Translations under genes and position numbers: made by a program
Notes under the pieces: generated by a model
What the model saw: the letters and a program-made list of their open reading frames with translations, nothing else
What the model was told of the DNA's origin: nothing
Database searches by the model: none
Shown here: positions 38,319 to 47,942 of the stretch, piece by piece
How positions within the stretch are numbered: position 1 is the first letter of the stretch
Layout of the letters: the number at the start of each line of letters is the position of its first letter
Source of the DNA: an uncultured Syntrophaceae bacterium
GTDB taxonomy: Bacteria > Desulfobacterota > SM23-61
Assembly (NCBI GenBank): GCA_964484485.1
Contig: CAZAGD010000033.1
Location: 1,238-65,237, forward strand
Length of the DNA: 64,000 nucleotides
Reading direction: 5' to 3'

Positions 38319-39611
38319 ATGAATAGCCAGTTAAAGGTGGAGTTTGTGGAGAAAGAAAATAAAAAGAGTTCTTTGAAGTTGGGCATAAACGGTCTGGGGC
38401 GCATCGGCAAATTAACTCTTTGGCATCACGTAGCGCGGGGATATTTTGCGGAATTGATCGTAAATATAGGGCGGGAGGCTGGAAGAAGTCTCCAGGATGT
38501 AGCAGACTACATAGTTCATGACAGCACTTACGGTCATTTAGCTAACTATCTTTTTGGATATAAGGGTGGGCGAGTTATTGAGAATCTTAATGAGGAACAT
38601 GGCACGATGTTAGTTAATGGAGTGCCCGTGACCATCCTGCGCCGAGATCGTAATCCAAAAGATTTGCCATGGAAACAAATGCAGGTGCCCATAATAGTGG
38701 AGGCTACGGGCAAGTTTTTGGACCCGACCGCTCCACCAGATTTTAAAAATGGTTCTATCAAGGGACACTTAGCTGCCGGCGCTCAAAAAGTGTTGGTTTC
38801 TGCTCCTTTCAAGATCAAAGATAAATCTCTGCCTATGCCTGAAGAAGCAATTACTATGGTCATGGGCATAAACGACCACCAGTATCAAGCGCTCAAGCAT
38901 AATATTATCTCGGCCGCTTCTTGTACAACCACTTGCTTGGCTTTTATGGTTAAACCGCTCCTTGATTATTTTGGGGCGGATAGGATTTTAAGTGCCTCCA
39001 TGGTCACCGTGCACGCCGCCACTGGTTCCCAGGAAGTTTTAGATCGTCTTCCTGATCCCAAAGCGGATGACCTTAGAAAAAACAGGTCTATTATGAACAA
39101 TATAATCCTCACCTCTACTGGAGCAGCTAAAGCCTTGGCTTTAGTCATTCCCGAAATGAAGAAAATCGGGTTTATTGCTGAATCGGTGCGCATTCCTACT
39201 AATACCGGCTCTTTGATAGTCTTGGTGGTAAATATTCAGGATGAAAACTTAGAAAATCCCATAAATCGAGAAAAAATCAATCAAGTTTATCAGCGCGCCG
39301 CGGCCACTTATATGCAGAAATACCTTTGCTTTAGTGAAAGGCAAAACGTATCTTCCGATATAATTGGCACTCCCTTTGCGGCGGCCATTATCGAGGGAGC
39401 GGAAACCCATACACGCACTGCCCATATTTGCGTGGATCTGGCCAAGATTCCTGGACTTCCCAAAGAAATTTCTGCACCAAAAGGCTCTTGCCTCGTTGAA
39501 ATCCCGGTCACTCAAGCTGTCGTTTACGGTTGGTACGATAATGAATTGGGCAGCTATACCAATATGTTGGGAGACTTAACCGTCAAAGTGGCTGAAGAAC
39601 TCCTTCTTTAA
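38319..39611 (+). CDS. divergent GAPDH-family dehydrogenase paralogue (430 aa) with N-terminal extension and large insertions
   Basis: GINGLGRIGK NAD motif, SAASCTTTCLAFMVKPL catalytic Cys, VHAATGSQ, WYDNELGSY; about 95 aa longer than canonical gap. Confidence 0.6.
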   Translation: MNSQLKVEFVEKENKKSSLKLGINGLGRIGKLTLWHHVARGYFAELIVNIGREAGRSLQDVADYIVHDSTYGHLANYLFGYKGGRVIENLNEEHGTMLVNGVPVTILRRDRNPKDLPWKQMQVPIIVEATGKFLDPTAPPDFKNGSIKGHLAAGAQKVLVSAPFKIKDKSLPMPEEAITMVMGINDHQYQALKHNIISAASCTTTCLAFMVKPLLDYFGADRILSASMVTVHAATGSQEVLDRLPDPKADDLRKNRSIMNNIILTSTGAAKALALVIPEMKKIGFIAESVRIPTNTGSLIVLVVNIQDENLENPINREKINQVYQRAAATYMQKYLCFSERQNVSSDIIGTPFAAAIIEGAETHTRTAHICVDLAKIPGLPKEISAPKGSCLVEIPVTQAVVYGWYDNELGSYTNMLGDLTVKVAEELLL

Positions 39612-39660
39612 AATTTCCTTTTAAATCCTCAAGTTAAGAATAAGAAAGCAAAGATTAAAT

Positions 39661-39745
39661 TCTGGCCTGCCTCCGGCCTGCCTTTAGCCCCTTCACTAAA
39701 TGTTAGCTATTTATTAATTATGACCCAGTCCCATAGGAGCAAGGA
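39661..39745. repeat. solo copy of the GGCAGGCC-type repeat plus conserved flank (family of element at 14500..14774)
   Basis: CTGGCCTGCCTCCGGCCTGCC followed by CCTTCACTAAATGTTAGCTATTTATTAATTATGACCCAGTC; matches reverse complement of 14500-14592. Confidence 0.45.
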
Positions 39746-39846
39746 CTCAAAATTTGTTTTTAAATGGCCCTGAATTTTTTGCTTGACATACTACATATAG
39801 TGGATTAAATTATTTCCCATACTAAATATGCTATTTTGTATGGGGG

Positions 39847-42057
39847 TTGGATATGGAACCAGCAAGCCAAAAAATGGGGGCAAAAGGAGCTAATTTGCCA
39901 TTAAATCCTTTTAAGGCGGCGCTAAAAGAAACGACTGATCTCGCCCTCTTCGTGCGCACTTCCAGTGAAACTATTTCCGACTGGAATAGGCAGAGAATTG
40001 TGGATGCTCTCTTAAGAGAGACGAACATTGCCCAAGAGGTGGCCGAAAAAATAAGCCGCGAAGTGGAAGAACAAATCATTTCTTCGAAGATCTCTTTAGT
40101 TACCGCTCCTTTGATTCGCGAACTGGTGGATGCTAAACTAATCGAATATGGCCTGGAAGAAGCACGGAAAAAGCACACCCGTTTGGGAGTCCCGCTTTAT
40201 GATGTTGATCAGCTTATCCTCCATCCCAATCGCGAGAATGCCAACGTTCCCCATGGCCCCGAAGCTACTAATCTTACTTTGGCCGAACGCATAAAAAAAG
40301 AATATGCGCTCCTCAATGTTTTTTCTCAGGAAATTGGCGATGCCCATATGCGGGGAGATATCCACCTCCATGATTTAGGTTTTATTGACCGCCCTTACTG
40401 CTCCGGACAATCTTTAGAATATATTAAAAAATTTGGCCTCAATCTTCCCAACTCTCTTTCTATGGCCAAACCGGCTAAACATCCAGAGGTCTTATTGGCC
40501 CACATGGTTAAGTTTGCGGCCGCTTTGCAAAGTCATTTTGCCGGGGCCATCGGTTGGGATGCAGTCAATCTATTCTTTGCTCCTTATTTAGTAGGGCTCA
40601 GTGATCGGGAGATACATCAATTAGCCCAGATGCTTATTTATGAATTTTCCCAACAGGCCGTGGCCCGGGGAGGCCAAGCCATTTTTACGGACATTAATCT
40701 TTATTGGGAAGTACCTAAACATTTTGAAAAAGTTATGGCCATCGGTCCTGGAGGGGAATTTACGGGAAAAACTTATGCGGAATATGCACCCGAAGCGCAA
40801 AGATTCGTTTGGGCCCTTTTTGATGTTTACCGCGAAGGAGATGCCGTAGGTAGGCCCTTCTTCTTTCCCAAACCTCTGGTGCACATTACGGAAAAATTCT
40901 TCCAGACCCCAGGCCATTTAGACTTCTTAGCCCATATTTGTGAAGTGGCGGCCGAAAAAGGGAATACTTACTTTGTTTTTGACCGGGGGAGCACGGCCAA
41001 GGTTTCCGAATGCTGTCGGTTGAGTTTCAAATTAGAAGAAGCCGACTTAGAAGATGCCCAATATCCTTGGCGGATGCGCTATTGTGCTCTGCAGAATGTT
41101 ACGCTGAACTTACCGCGTCTGGCCTATCAAAGCGGCGGCAGCGATGACCAGCTTTTTAATAAGATTGCCCAAGTTTTTAATATAGCTGTGCAGGCTCATC
41201 TGCAGAAGAAAGCCTTCTTAGAGAGATTATTGGCCTTGGGAGCAGATGGTCCGTTAGCTCTGCTCACCATGAATAAAGATGGCCTCCCTTATTTGCGGCT
41301 GGGGCGAGCCACTTATTTAATCGGCATGGTGGGCCTTAACGAAATGGTGCAAATCCACTTGGGGAAGCAACTCCATGAATCTGACGAAGCCTTGAAATTT
41401 GGGTTGAAGGTAATTGCTTATATGAAACTCTTGGCTGACAAAATGAGTCGGCAATATAATATGCGCTTCGTGTTAGAACAAACACCTGCAGAATCGACGG
41501 CCTACCGTTTTGCTAAGCTTGATCTGCGCGACTTTTCTCCGCGGGCGGGGTATATTGTCAAAGGTGATATTTCGCGGGGCGAAATTTACTATAGCAATTC
41601 TACCTACCTAAATGTCGGCGCCCCCCTGAACCCCATCGAGCGGGTGCGCAAAGAAGGTCTTTTCCACCCCTTGATAGAAGCAGGTGCTCTAACTCACCTT
41701 TGGTTGGGGGAGGCGCGGCCGTCTAAAGATTCCTTGGCCAACTTCATCATTAAAGTTTTCCGCAATTCGCAAAATGACCAAATCGCCTTTTCACCAGAAT
41801 TTACGGCCTGCCCTGATTGCGCCAGAACATCCCGTGGTCTCCAAGCAAAGTGTCCCTACTGCGGTTCGGCAAATGTGGAAGGAATAACGCGGATAACCGG
41901 TTATTTTACCAAGATCTCCAGTTGGAACAAGGGCAAATTAGGAGAATTAAAGGACCGCTTCCGCAATCAAAATTATTTCTTAGAAAAAGATGGGGGAGTA
42001 GCTAAAGATAATCGTCCTTGGTCGTTTCGAGAAGAAACTTCCAGAACCTTCGTCTAA
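39847..42057 (+). CDS. nrdD: anaerobic ribonucleoside-triphosphate reductase (class III RNR)
   Basis: N-terminal ATP-cone (NRQRIVDALLRE), C-terminal Zn ribbon CPDCARTS...CPYCGS and glycyl-radical motif TRITGY. Confidence 0.85.
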   Translation: MDMEPASQKMGAKGANLPLNPFKAALKETTDLALFVRTSSETISDWNRQRIVDALLRETNIAQEVAEKISREVEEQIISSKISLVTAPLIRELVDAKLIEYGLEEARKKHTRLGVPLYDVDQLILHPNRENANVPHGPEATNLTLAERIKKEYALLNVFSQEIGDAHMRGDIHLHDLGFIDRPYCSGQSLEYIKKFGLNLPNSLSMAKPAKHPEVLLAHMVKFAAALQSHFAGAIGWDAVNLFFAPYLVGLSDREIHQLAQMLIYEFSQQAVARGGQAIFTDINLYWEVPKHFEKVMAIGPGGEFTGKTYAEYAPEAQRFVWALFDVYREGDAVGRPFFFPKPLVHITEKFFQTPGHLDFLAHICEVAAEKGNTYFVFDRGSTAKVSECCRLSFKLEEADLEDAQYPWRMRYCALQNVTLNLPRLAYQSGGSDDQLFNKIAQVFNIAVQAHLQKKAFLERLLALGADGPLALLTMNKDGLPYLRLGRATYLIGMVGLNEMVQIHLGKQLHESDEALKFGLKVIAYMKLLADKMSRQYNMRFVLEQTPAESTAYRFAKLDLRDFSPRAGYIVKGDISRGEIYYSNSTYLNVGAPLNPIERVRKEGLFHPLIEAGALTHLWLGEARPSKDSLANFIIKVFRNSQNDQIAFSPEFTACPDCARTSRGLQAKCPYCGSANVEGITRITGYFTKISSWNKGKLGELKDRFRNQNYFLEKDGGVAKDNRPWSFREETSRTFV

Positions 42058-42121
42058 GATGTAAAATGATAACTTATAAACTAAGAGAAAATTTTCATGG
42101 GCCGAAAGGAGGGGAAAAGAA

Positions 42122-42370
42122 ATGACGCTCTTTGTCAAAGAAGGATGCGCTAAGTGTGAATATGTGAAAAAAAGCGTCGATTTGGCTAAGTTAGGAGTCA
42201 AAGTGGAAGTGTTAAGTCCGGACAACCCAGATTCCTTAGCCCATTTGGCCTGGCACGAATTAGTAAAAGTAGCCGAAACCCAAATGCCTATCTTAGTCTT
42301 GGATGACTCTTCTTCTCTTACGGGAGCCATACGCATAAAGAATTATCTCCTTGCGCTGAGTCAAAATTAG
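42122..42370 (+). CDS. glutaredoxin-like small redoxin (CxxC) associated with nrdDG
   Basis: 82 aa, EGCAKCEYVKK CxxC motif, thioredoxin-fold pattern. Confidence 0.55.
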   Translation: MTLFVKEGCAKCEYVKKSVDLAKLGVKVEVLSPDNPDSLAHLAWHELVKVAETQMPILVLDDSSSLTGAIRIKNYLLALSQN

Positions 42371-42407
42371 GAAGAAATTTTTGTCAATTATTTAACTCCA
42401 AGGACAT

Positions 42408-43190
42408 ATGGCATATTCAATCAAAGGGTTTTTAGAAACTTCTTTTTCCGATTGGCCGGGGAAAGTGGCCGCTGTTCTTTTTCTCCCCTATTGTAACTTT
42501 CGTTGTCTTTATTGCCATAATTACGAGCTTATTCTTCATCCGGAAAAATTTCCCGACTTCCCCCTTTTAGAAATCATTAAAAAAATTTCCTTAAACCGCG
42601 ATTGGATTGATGGCGTCTGCCTCACTGGGGGAGAACCAACCATCCATCGCTGGCTCCCCGCGCTCCTCCGTTTTTTAAAAGAAAAATTGGGGCAGGATAT
42701 GCCTATTAAGCTGGACACCAATGGTTCCGCGCCCCAAGTCTTGGAAAAACTTATTCAAGAAAAGTTAGTAGATTATGTGGCCATGGACTTGAAAGCGCCC
42801 TTAATCGTAGAGCGCTACGAAGAGGTGGTGGGTGTGTCTCTGGGTGAAGAGGGCTTAGGCAACATTAAAAAAAGCATAATGACCCTCCTTTCCCAGAAAG
42901 TTGATCATGAATTCCGGACTACTATAGTTCCTGCTCTTCTCCAAGAAAAAGAAATTTATGAAATGGCCCGAACAATTAAGGGCGCGCAACGTTATACTCT
43001 GCAAAATTTTAATCCTCGCCAAACTTTAGCGGAAAATTTGCGAAACTGCAAACCTTTGGATGAACTTACTTTGCAACGGCTGCAGAAGAACGTTACGGAA
43101 ATAATCAGGGCGAATAATTGTCCGGATAAATCCCCAATTAAGCAGGAAGATATCAGTCTAAATAAGTTATTTATCTCTTACGCAAAGTAA
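42408..43190 (+). CDS. nrdG: anaerobic ribonucleotide reductase activating protein (radical SAM)
   Basis: CNFRCLYCHN CxxxCxxC radical-SAM motif; position after nrdD. Confidence 0.8.
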   Translation: MAYSIKGFLETSFSDWPGKVAAVLFLPYCNFRCLYCHNYELILHPEKFPDFPLLEIIKKISLNRDWIDGVCLTGGEPTIHRWLPALLRFLKEKLGQDMPIKLDTNGSAPQVLEKLIQEKLVDYVAMDLKAPLIVERYEEVVGVSLGEEGLGNIKKSIMTLLSQKVDHEFRTTIVPALLQEKEIYEMARTIKGAQRYTLQNFNPRQTLAENLRNCKPLDELTLQRLQKNVTEIIRANNCPDKSPIKQEDISLNKLFISYAK

Positions 43191-43210
43191 TTGGGAAAGG
43201 CAACTTATAT

Positions 43211-43789
43211 ATGAAAGAGGCCATCAGCAGGATAATCCAGGAAAGCGTTGATTTAAAATTGCGCTTTGGGCAAAAATACGGAGAAACGCTGAGCCAAGTA
43301 ATTAAGCTCATCGTGGAAGCTTTTAAAGCTGGTAATAAACTCCTTCTTTTTGGCAATGGAGGGTCGGCTGCGGATGCTCAACACCTGGCCGCCGAGTTTA
43401 TAAATCGTTACCTGATTGAACGTCCCCCTTTACCGGCCATTGCTTTGACTACCGATACTTCAGTACTTACCAGCATTAGCAATGATTATAGTTTTCAAGA
43501 TGTTTTTGTAAAGCAGATCAAAGCTTTGGGAAAAGCTGGAGATGTGGCTATAGGTATTTCCACCAGTGGCGCATCGGTCAATGTGATCAAAGGCATAAAA
43601 TTGGCCAAGGAAATGGGCCTAAAAACGATTGCGTTAGTCGGCGGAGATGGGGGAGAACTGGCCAAGATCGCTGATTTAGCTTTGATCGTGGAGTCGACCA
43701 GCACGCCGCGTATTCAGGAAGTGCATATTACCATCGGCCATATTATCTGCGAAATGGTTGATCTCATGCTTTTCCAAAAACCCCTTTAG
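43211..43789 (+). CDS. gmhA: SIS-domain sedoheptulose-7-phosphate isomerase (GmhA-like)
   Basis: GNGGSAADAQHLAAEF and SIS fold motifs. Confidence 0.75.
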   Translation: MKEAISRIIQESVDLKLRFGQKYGETLSQVIKLIVEAFKAGNKLLLFGNGGSAADAQHLAAEFINRYLIERPPLPAIALTTDTSVLTSISNDYSFQDVFVKQIKALGKAGDVAIGISTSGASVNVIKGIKLAKEMGLKTIALVGGDGGELAKIADLALIVESTSTPRIQEVHITIGHIICEMVDLMLFQKPL

Positions 43790-43800
43790 GGAGGCTGCTT

Positions 43801-44808
43801 ATGGCGGAGCTGAAAAAGGGGTGGTCCATTAAGCCTATTTCTTTAGCCCGTGTGCGTACTTCTTCCCTTAAGGGGAAAAAGAGCCTGGTTAACACGCAGG
43901 ACTTCGCTCATCCTCTGCAGGCGCCAGCCACTTTTAAAGAATTTTTGGCCAATCTTCCCCGCATCTTGGCGGCCCAGGATTTTCGGGAATTAATCGCCCG
44001 CCTTAAGAAAGCCTACCAAAAAAACAGGCCTATTCTCTTAGGCATGGGCGCTCATCCCATCAAAGTAGGCTTAAGTCCTTTAATAATTCAGCTTATGGAA
44101 AAAGGGATCCTCCACGGAGTAGCGATGAATGGGGCGGGCATTATCCATGATTTTGAAATCGCTTTGGCGGGAAAAACATCGGAAGATGTGGCGGCCGAAA
44201 TCAGCAGCGGATCATTCGGCATGACCAAGGAAACTGGGAAATTTCTCAATCAGGCCATAAAAGAAGGATGGGCTAAAAGATGGGGTCTGGGGTACGCGGT
44301 GGGCGAAATGATCAGGCGAGAGAAATTCCCCTTTGGGGAGATGAGTATCACTGCTGCCGGAGTACGGATGGGTATTCCTGTAACTGTCCATGTGGGGATC
44401 GGTACAGATGTTATCCATATGCACCCCGAAGCCCAGGGGGAAGCCATAGGGGGAGCAAGCCACATAGATTTTCGCCTTTTCGCCAAATTAATTTCCCAGC
44501 TGGAAGGAGGAGTTTATTTAAACCTGGGTTCGGCAGTAATTTTGCCTGAAGTCTTCTTGAAAGCCTTGACTTTAGCGCGCAATTTGGGGTACCGGGTAAA
44601 AGATTTTACAACCGCTAATATGGATTTCATTCCTCATTACCGCCCTTTAACTAATGTCGTTCGCCGCCCCACCCTGACTGGTGGAAAGGGGTTTCACTTT
44701 ACCGGACACCATGAAATAATGTTTCCTCTTTTAGTGGCCGCCCTTTTAGAAGAAATCACCCCTATGGAAAAAACTCCGGCGCTTAAAAAATCTCGGCGGG
44801 CTAAATAA
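43801..44808 (+). CDS. conserved hypothetical protein (335 aa)
   Basis: ORF with good coding character; no family confidently recognised from memory. Confidence 0.35.
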   Translation: MAELKKGWSIKPISLARVRTSSLKGKKSLVNTQDFAHPLQAPATFKEFLANLPRILAAQDFRELIARLKKAYQKNRPILLGMGAHPIKVGLSPLIIQLMEKGILHGVAMNGAGIIHDFEIALAGKTSEDVAAEISSGSFGMTKETGKFLNQAIKEGWAKRWGLGYAVGEMIRREKFPFGEMSITAAGVRMGIPVTVHVGIGTDVIHMHPEAQGEAIGGASHIDFRLFAKLISQLEGGVYLNLGSAVILPEVFLKALTLARNLGYRVKDFTTANMDFIPHYRPLTNVVRRPTLTGGKGFHFTGHHEIMFPLLVAALLEEITPMEKTPALKKSRRAK

Positions 44809-45604
44809 ACTTTTTTAAAGCTTGTAAATTGGGGAAGAGGTGTTCTTTTAAGTGGGGCTCGATAGTGAGGATGGGTTGCAATTGGTGAGCCCGCAGCGCC
44901 GAGAAGAGGGCGGCAAAATCTATCAAGCCCTGGCCTAAAGGTAAATGTTCATCTGCTTGCCGATGATTGTCATGAAGATGAATTTCCAGCAGATAGGGGG
45001 CAAGGATTTCTACCCATTTCCCGAGGGCTACCTGAGAGAAGATATGACCGTGCCCCGTGTCCAAACAATAACCGAAAAAGGGCGAGTTTATAGCTTGCAG
45101 AAGTTTATGCAGAATGGAGGGATTTTCTTCAAAAACATTTTCTACAGCTAAGCGCACCGAAAGTTTTTCCGCTATTTTGACTAACGGCCGCCAAGTAAGC
45201 AAGCTTTTTTCTAACCACAAATCCACGTCATCATCATAACGGAAACGATCATATCCCGGATGAAAAATTATTGTGCGCGGAGAGAAAAGGGGAACAAGGT
45301 CCATGACCTGATGAAAGCGCCAGAAGGTAACCTGACGAATTAGCGTATCGACCGCTCCCGGATTTAAATCCATAAAAGGGGCGTGGAAAGTAATAGACAA
45401 ATTTTTTTCCTTTAGCTGCTGAGCAATTTTTTCCGCCTCAGCCCAGCTTAAATGGTCAAGAATTTGGGCACTGAAATATATCTCTGGTTGGATCCCCATT
45501 TCTAAAATCGAGAATACATTCTCCGCCAGCATGGGAAAGGGGATGTTAACCTGGATTTTTTTTAATATCTCTTCCATACTGTTATTGGGTTCGGCCAAAA
45601 TCAA
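44801..45604 (-). CDS. xylose-isomerase-like TIM-barrel sugar-phosphate isomerase/epimerase family protein
   Basis: LEIHLHDN...DEHLPLGQGLIDF metal-binding pattern of AP-endonuclease-2/XylA-like TIM barrel. Confidence 0.55.
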   Translation of the reverse strand: MILAEPNNSMEEILKKIQVNIPFPMLAENVFSILEMGIQPEIYFSAQILDHLSWAEAEKIAQQLKEKNLSITFHAPFMDLNPGAVDTLIRQVTFWRFHQVMDLVPLFSPRTIIFHPGYDRFRYDDDVDLWLEKSLLTWRPLVKIAEKLSVRLAVENVFEENPSILHKLLQAINSPFFGYCLDTGHGHIFSQVALGKWVEILAPYLLEIHLHDNHRQADEHLPLGQGLIDFAALFSALRAHQLQPILTIEPHLKEHLFPNLQALKKFI

Positions 45605-46389
45605 GTTCCTTTCTGCGAACTAACTACTTCTACCTGAAAGTTAGCAATCTTTTTGGCGGAAGCCGCCTCCTCATAAAATTTCGTAAAAACAATCATAAAG
45701 GGAATTGCTTTGCCCGGGGGAATATTTACATTGGCGAAAGTCTCTCCAAATTGGGCGGCCAGACTCTTTTCTATGGCCTCGGGGGGAAAATTTTTAAGAT
45801 CTTCTTCCAGAAGAATATTGCCGCAATAACTCGACCTCTCCTCGATTTTGCCACCCTGAGCATCTAAAAGAGTTCCTTTAACTTTTATAAAACTGCGCGG
45901 CTCACTCCATCGATTCACCGCTTCTCCTTCTACGACAAATATCCTCTGGCGGTGCTTATTTTCTAAATAATAGCCCCTTATTTTCTCCAAAGAGATAAAG
46001 CCCGGCCCGCTTTTCTTAAACCCGAGGTAAGATCTGAGTAGGGAATAATAATAATGACCCCTTTCTTTAAGGAAAGAGTTCGGCCCGACCTGTCCTAATC
46101 CATAGATTAAGCCGGCCAGAATTAAAATTATAATTAAAATTAGCGCGCCTTTTCTGGCCCCCGAAGATTTGGATGTAGCCCAGCCTTTAACTTTTTTTTC
46201 AGCTTGGGTAGAAATTTGCGGGGGAGCTGGCGGGAATTCAGCTTCTCGTGGCTCGGCTGACAGCGCCGGCCCGGGGGAGATGAAAAAGATGTGTTGGCAT
46301 TTAGAACAGCGCGCCTTGGCTCCTCCTTCAGGGATACGCTCCTCAGCCAATTTAAATTTGGTCAAACAACTTGGGCAAGTGATGATCAT
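45601..46389 (-). CDS. MJ0042-type zinc-ribbon protein with TM helix and DUF3426-like C-terminal domain
   Basis: MIITCPSCLTKFKL...RCSKCQHIF zinc ribbon; Pro-rich linker; one TM. Confidence 0.5.
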   Translation of the reverse strand: MIITCPSCLTKFKLAEERIPEGGAKARCSKCQHIFFISPGPALSAEPREAEFPPAPPQISTQAEKKVKGWATSKSSGARKGALILIIILILAGLIYGLGQVGPNSFLKERGHYYYSLLRSYLGFKKSGPGFISLEKIRGYYLENKHRQRIFVVEGEAVNRWSEPRSFIKVKGTLLDAQGGKIEERSSYCGNILLEEDLKNFPPEAIEKSLAAQFGETFANVNIPPGKAIPFMIVFTKFYEEAASAKKIANFQVEVVSSQKGT

Positions 46390-46430
46390 TTTTGTTTTTT
46401 TATCAAAGAATTTTCTCTTTCGGCTCCCAA

Positions 46431-46934
46431 TTAAATAATATAAATGCCGCGCAAGTTGCGGTATTCCTCGGCGCAGTCTAATCCATAGCCGACCACAAAA
46501 TGGTCCGGAATTTTAAAGCCTATGTAATCGGCCTCAAAATTTACTCGGCGCCGCTGCGGCTTGTCTAAAAGGGCAACTACTTTCAAAGAACGCGGCCTGC
46601 GGGCTTTCAAGCAGCGGCATAGGTAACGCAGGGTAATTCCAGTATCTATGATGTCTTCTATTACTAACACATCCTTTCCCTTAATGGGCATTTCCAAATC
46701 CTTGGTTAGTTTTATTTTTCCGGAAGAACATTGCCCTGAACCATAGCTGGCCAAGCGCACAAAATCCATTTTCACAGGAACAGTCATCTTGCGGACTAGA
46801 TCAGCCATAAAAATAAAGGCACCTTTCAAAATGCCCACTAAAAGGACCTCTTTTCCCGCGTAATCTCGGGATATTTGCTGCGCCAGAACACTGACTTTTT
46901 TCTGAACTTCTTTCTCTGATAATAGTAGCTTCAT
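46431..46934 (-). CDS. hpt: hypoxanthine-guanine phosphoribosyltransferase
   Basis: PRPP-binding motif VLVIEDIIDTGITL; start revised to MKLLLSEKE (ATG 46934), ORF-track start 47192 too long. Confidence 0.8.
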   Translation of the reverse strand: MKLLLSEKEVQKKVSVLAQQISRDYAGKEVLLVGILKGAFIFMADLVRKMTVPVKMDFVRLASYGSGQCSSGKIKLTKDLEMPIKGKDVLVIEDIIDTGITLRYLCRCLKARRPRSLKVVALLDKPQRRRVNFEADYIGFKIPDHFVVGYGLDCAEEYRNLRGIYII

Positions 46935-47124
46935 AATGGAATTGAGTATATTTATTTTTAAAAAAAATGTAAAGATAGAATTTGGCTGATTCTCTAACCA
47001 TTTACCTTCTTGACTTACCTTAAAGATAAAAATAATCTTGCCAAAAGGTGAATGATAAGATAAAAATTTTTCAGAACAAAAAAGGAGAAATTCATTCTTC
47101 CGGGAGAAAAAAGAAAGGAGACTT

Positions 47125-47907
47125 ATGGAAGAAAGGCGCATAAAAAAATTGGCCGAGATGTTACTGAAGGCGGAGTGTGAAAAAAAGCCCATTCCTCCTT
47201 TAACTGAGACAGACCCAGATATAGGCGTGGAAGAGGCTTACCAGATTCAGCTCCACCTCATCGAACGCAAAAAAGCAACTGGCCGAGTGGTGGTGGGTAA
47301 AAAGATTGGTTTGACTTCTTTGGCCATGCAGGCCATGTTAGGGGTAAAAGAGCCGGATTATGGGCATATCTTAAATGATATGATAATTATGGAAGGAGAA
47401 AAAATTAAATTGGCTGATCTTATAGCTCCGCGCTTAGAAGGAGAGATCGCTTTTATTTTAAAGGAAGATCTTCAGGGGCCCGGAGTTACTATTTCCGAGG
47501 TGCTCCGCGGCAGCGCCGGGATCATGCCTGCTTTAGAAATAATTGATAGCCGTATCCGCGACTGGAAGATCAAACTCCCGGATACAGTTGCCGATAATGC
47601 TTCCAGCGCCCGGGTTGTCTTAGGCGGAAAACTCACTCCCCTCCTCAATTTAGATTTGCGTACAGTAGGGATGGTCTTGGAGAAGAATGGAGAAATTATA
47701 GCCACCGCCGCTGGCGCAGCCGTGTTAGGGCACCCGGCCCAGGCCGTAGCTTGGTTAGCTAACAAATTGGCCACTTATGGCCTGACCTTGCGCAAAGGAG
47801 AAATTATTCTCTCGGGCTCTTTAACTGCGGCCCTCCCTATTGCTCCGGGAGACTTTTTCCGCGCAGATTTCGGCCACTTGGGAGATGTTAAAATAAAATT
47901 TGCTTAA
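47125..47907 (+). CDS. 2-keto-4-pentenoate hydratase / 2-oxohept-3-enedioate hydratase family (MhpD/HpaH, FAH-fold)
   Basis: Family pattern incl. conserved hydratase core; 260 aa. Confidence 0.65.
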   Translation: MEERRIKKLAEMLLKAECEKKPIPPLTETDPDIGVEEAYQIQLHLIERKKATGRVVVGKKIGLTSLAMQAMLGVKEPDYGHILNDMIIMEGEKIKLADLIAPRLEGEIAFILKEDLQGPGVTISEVLRGSAGIMPALEIIDSRIRDWKIKLPDTVADNASSARVVLGGKLTPLLNLDLRTVGMVLEKNGEIIATAAGAAVLGHPAQAVAWLANKLATYGLTLRKGEIILSGSLTAALPIAPGDFFRADFGHLGDVKIKFA

Positions 47908-47942
47908 AAAAATTTAAATATCACTCAAAAGTGGTACGGCTA

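Noticed and set aside
43801-44808. Assigning 335-aa protein as deoxyhypusine synthase-like
   Set aside because: Only a vague resemblance from memory; no diagnostic motif could be confirmed, left as hypothetical
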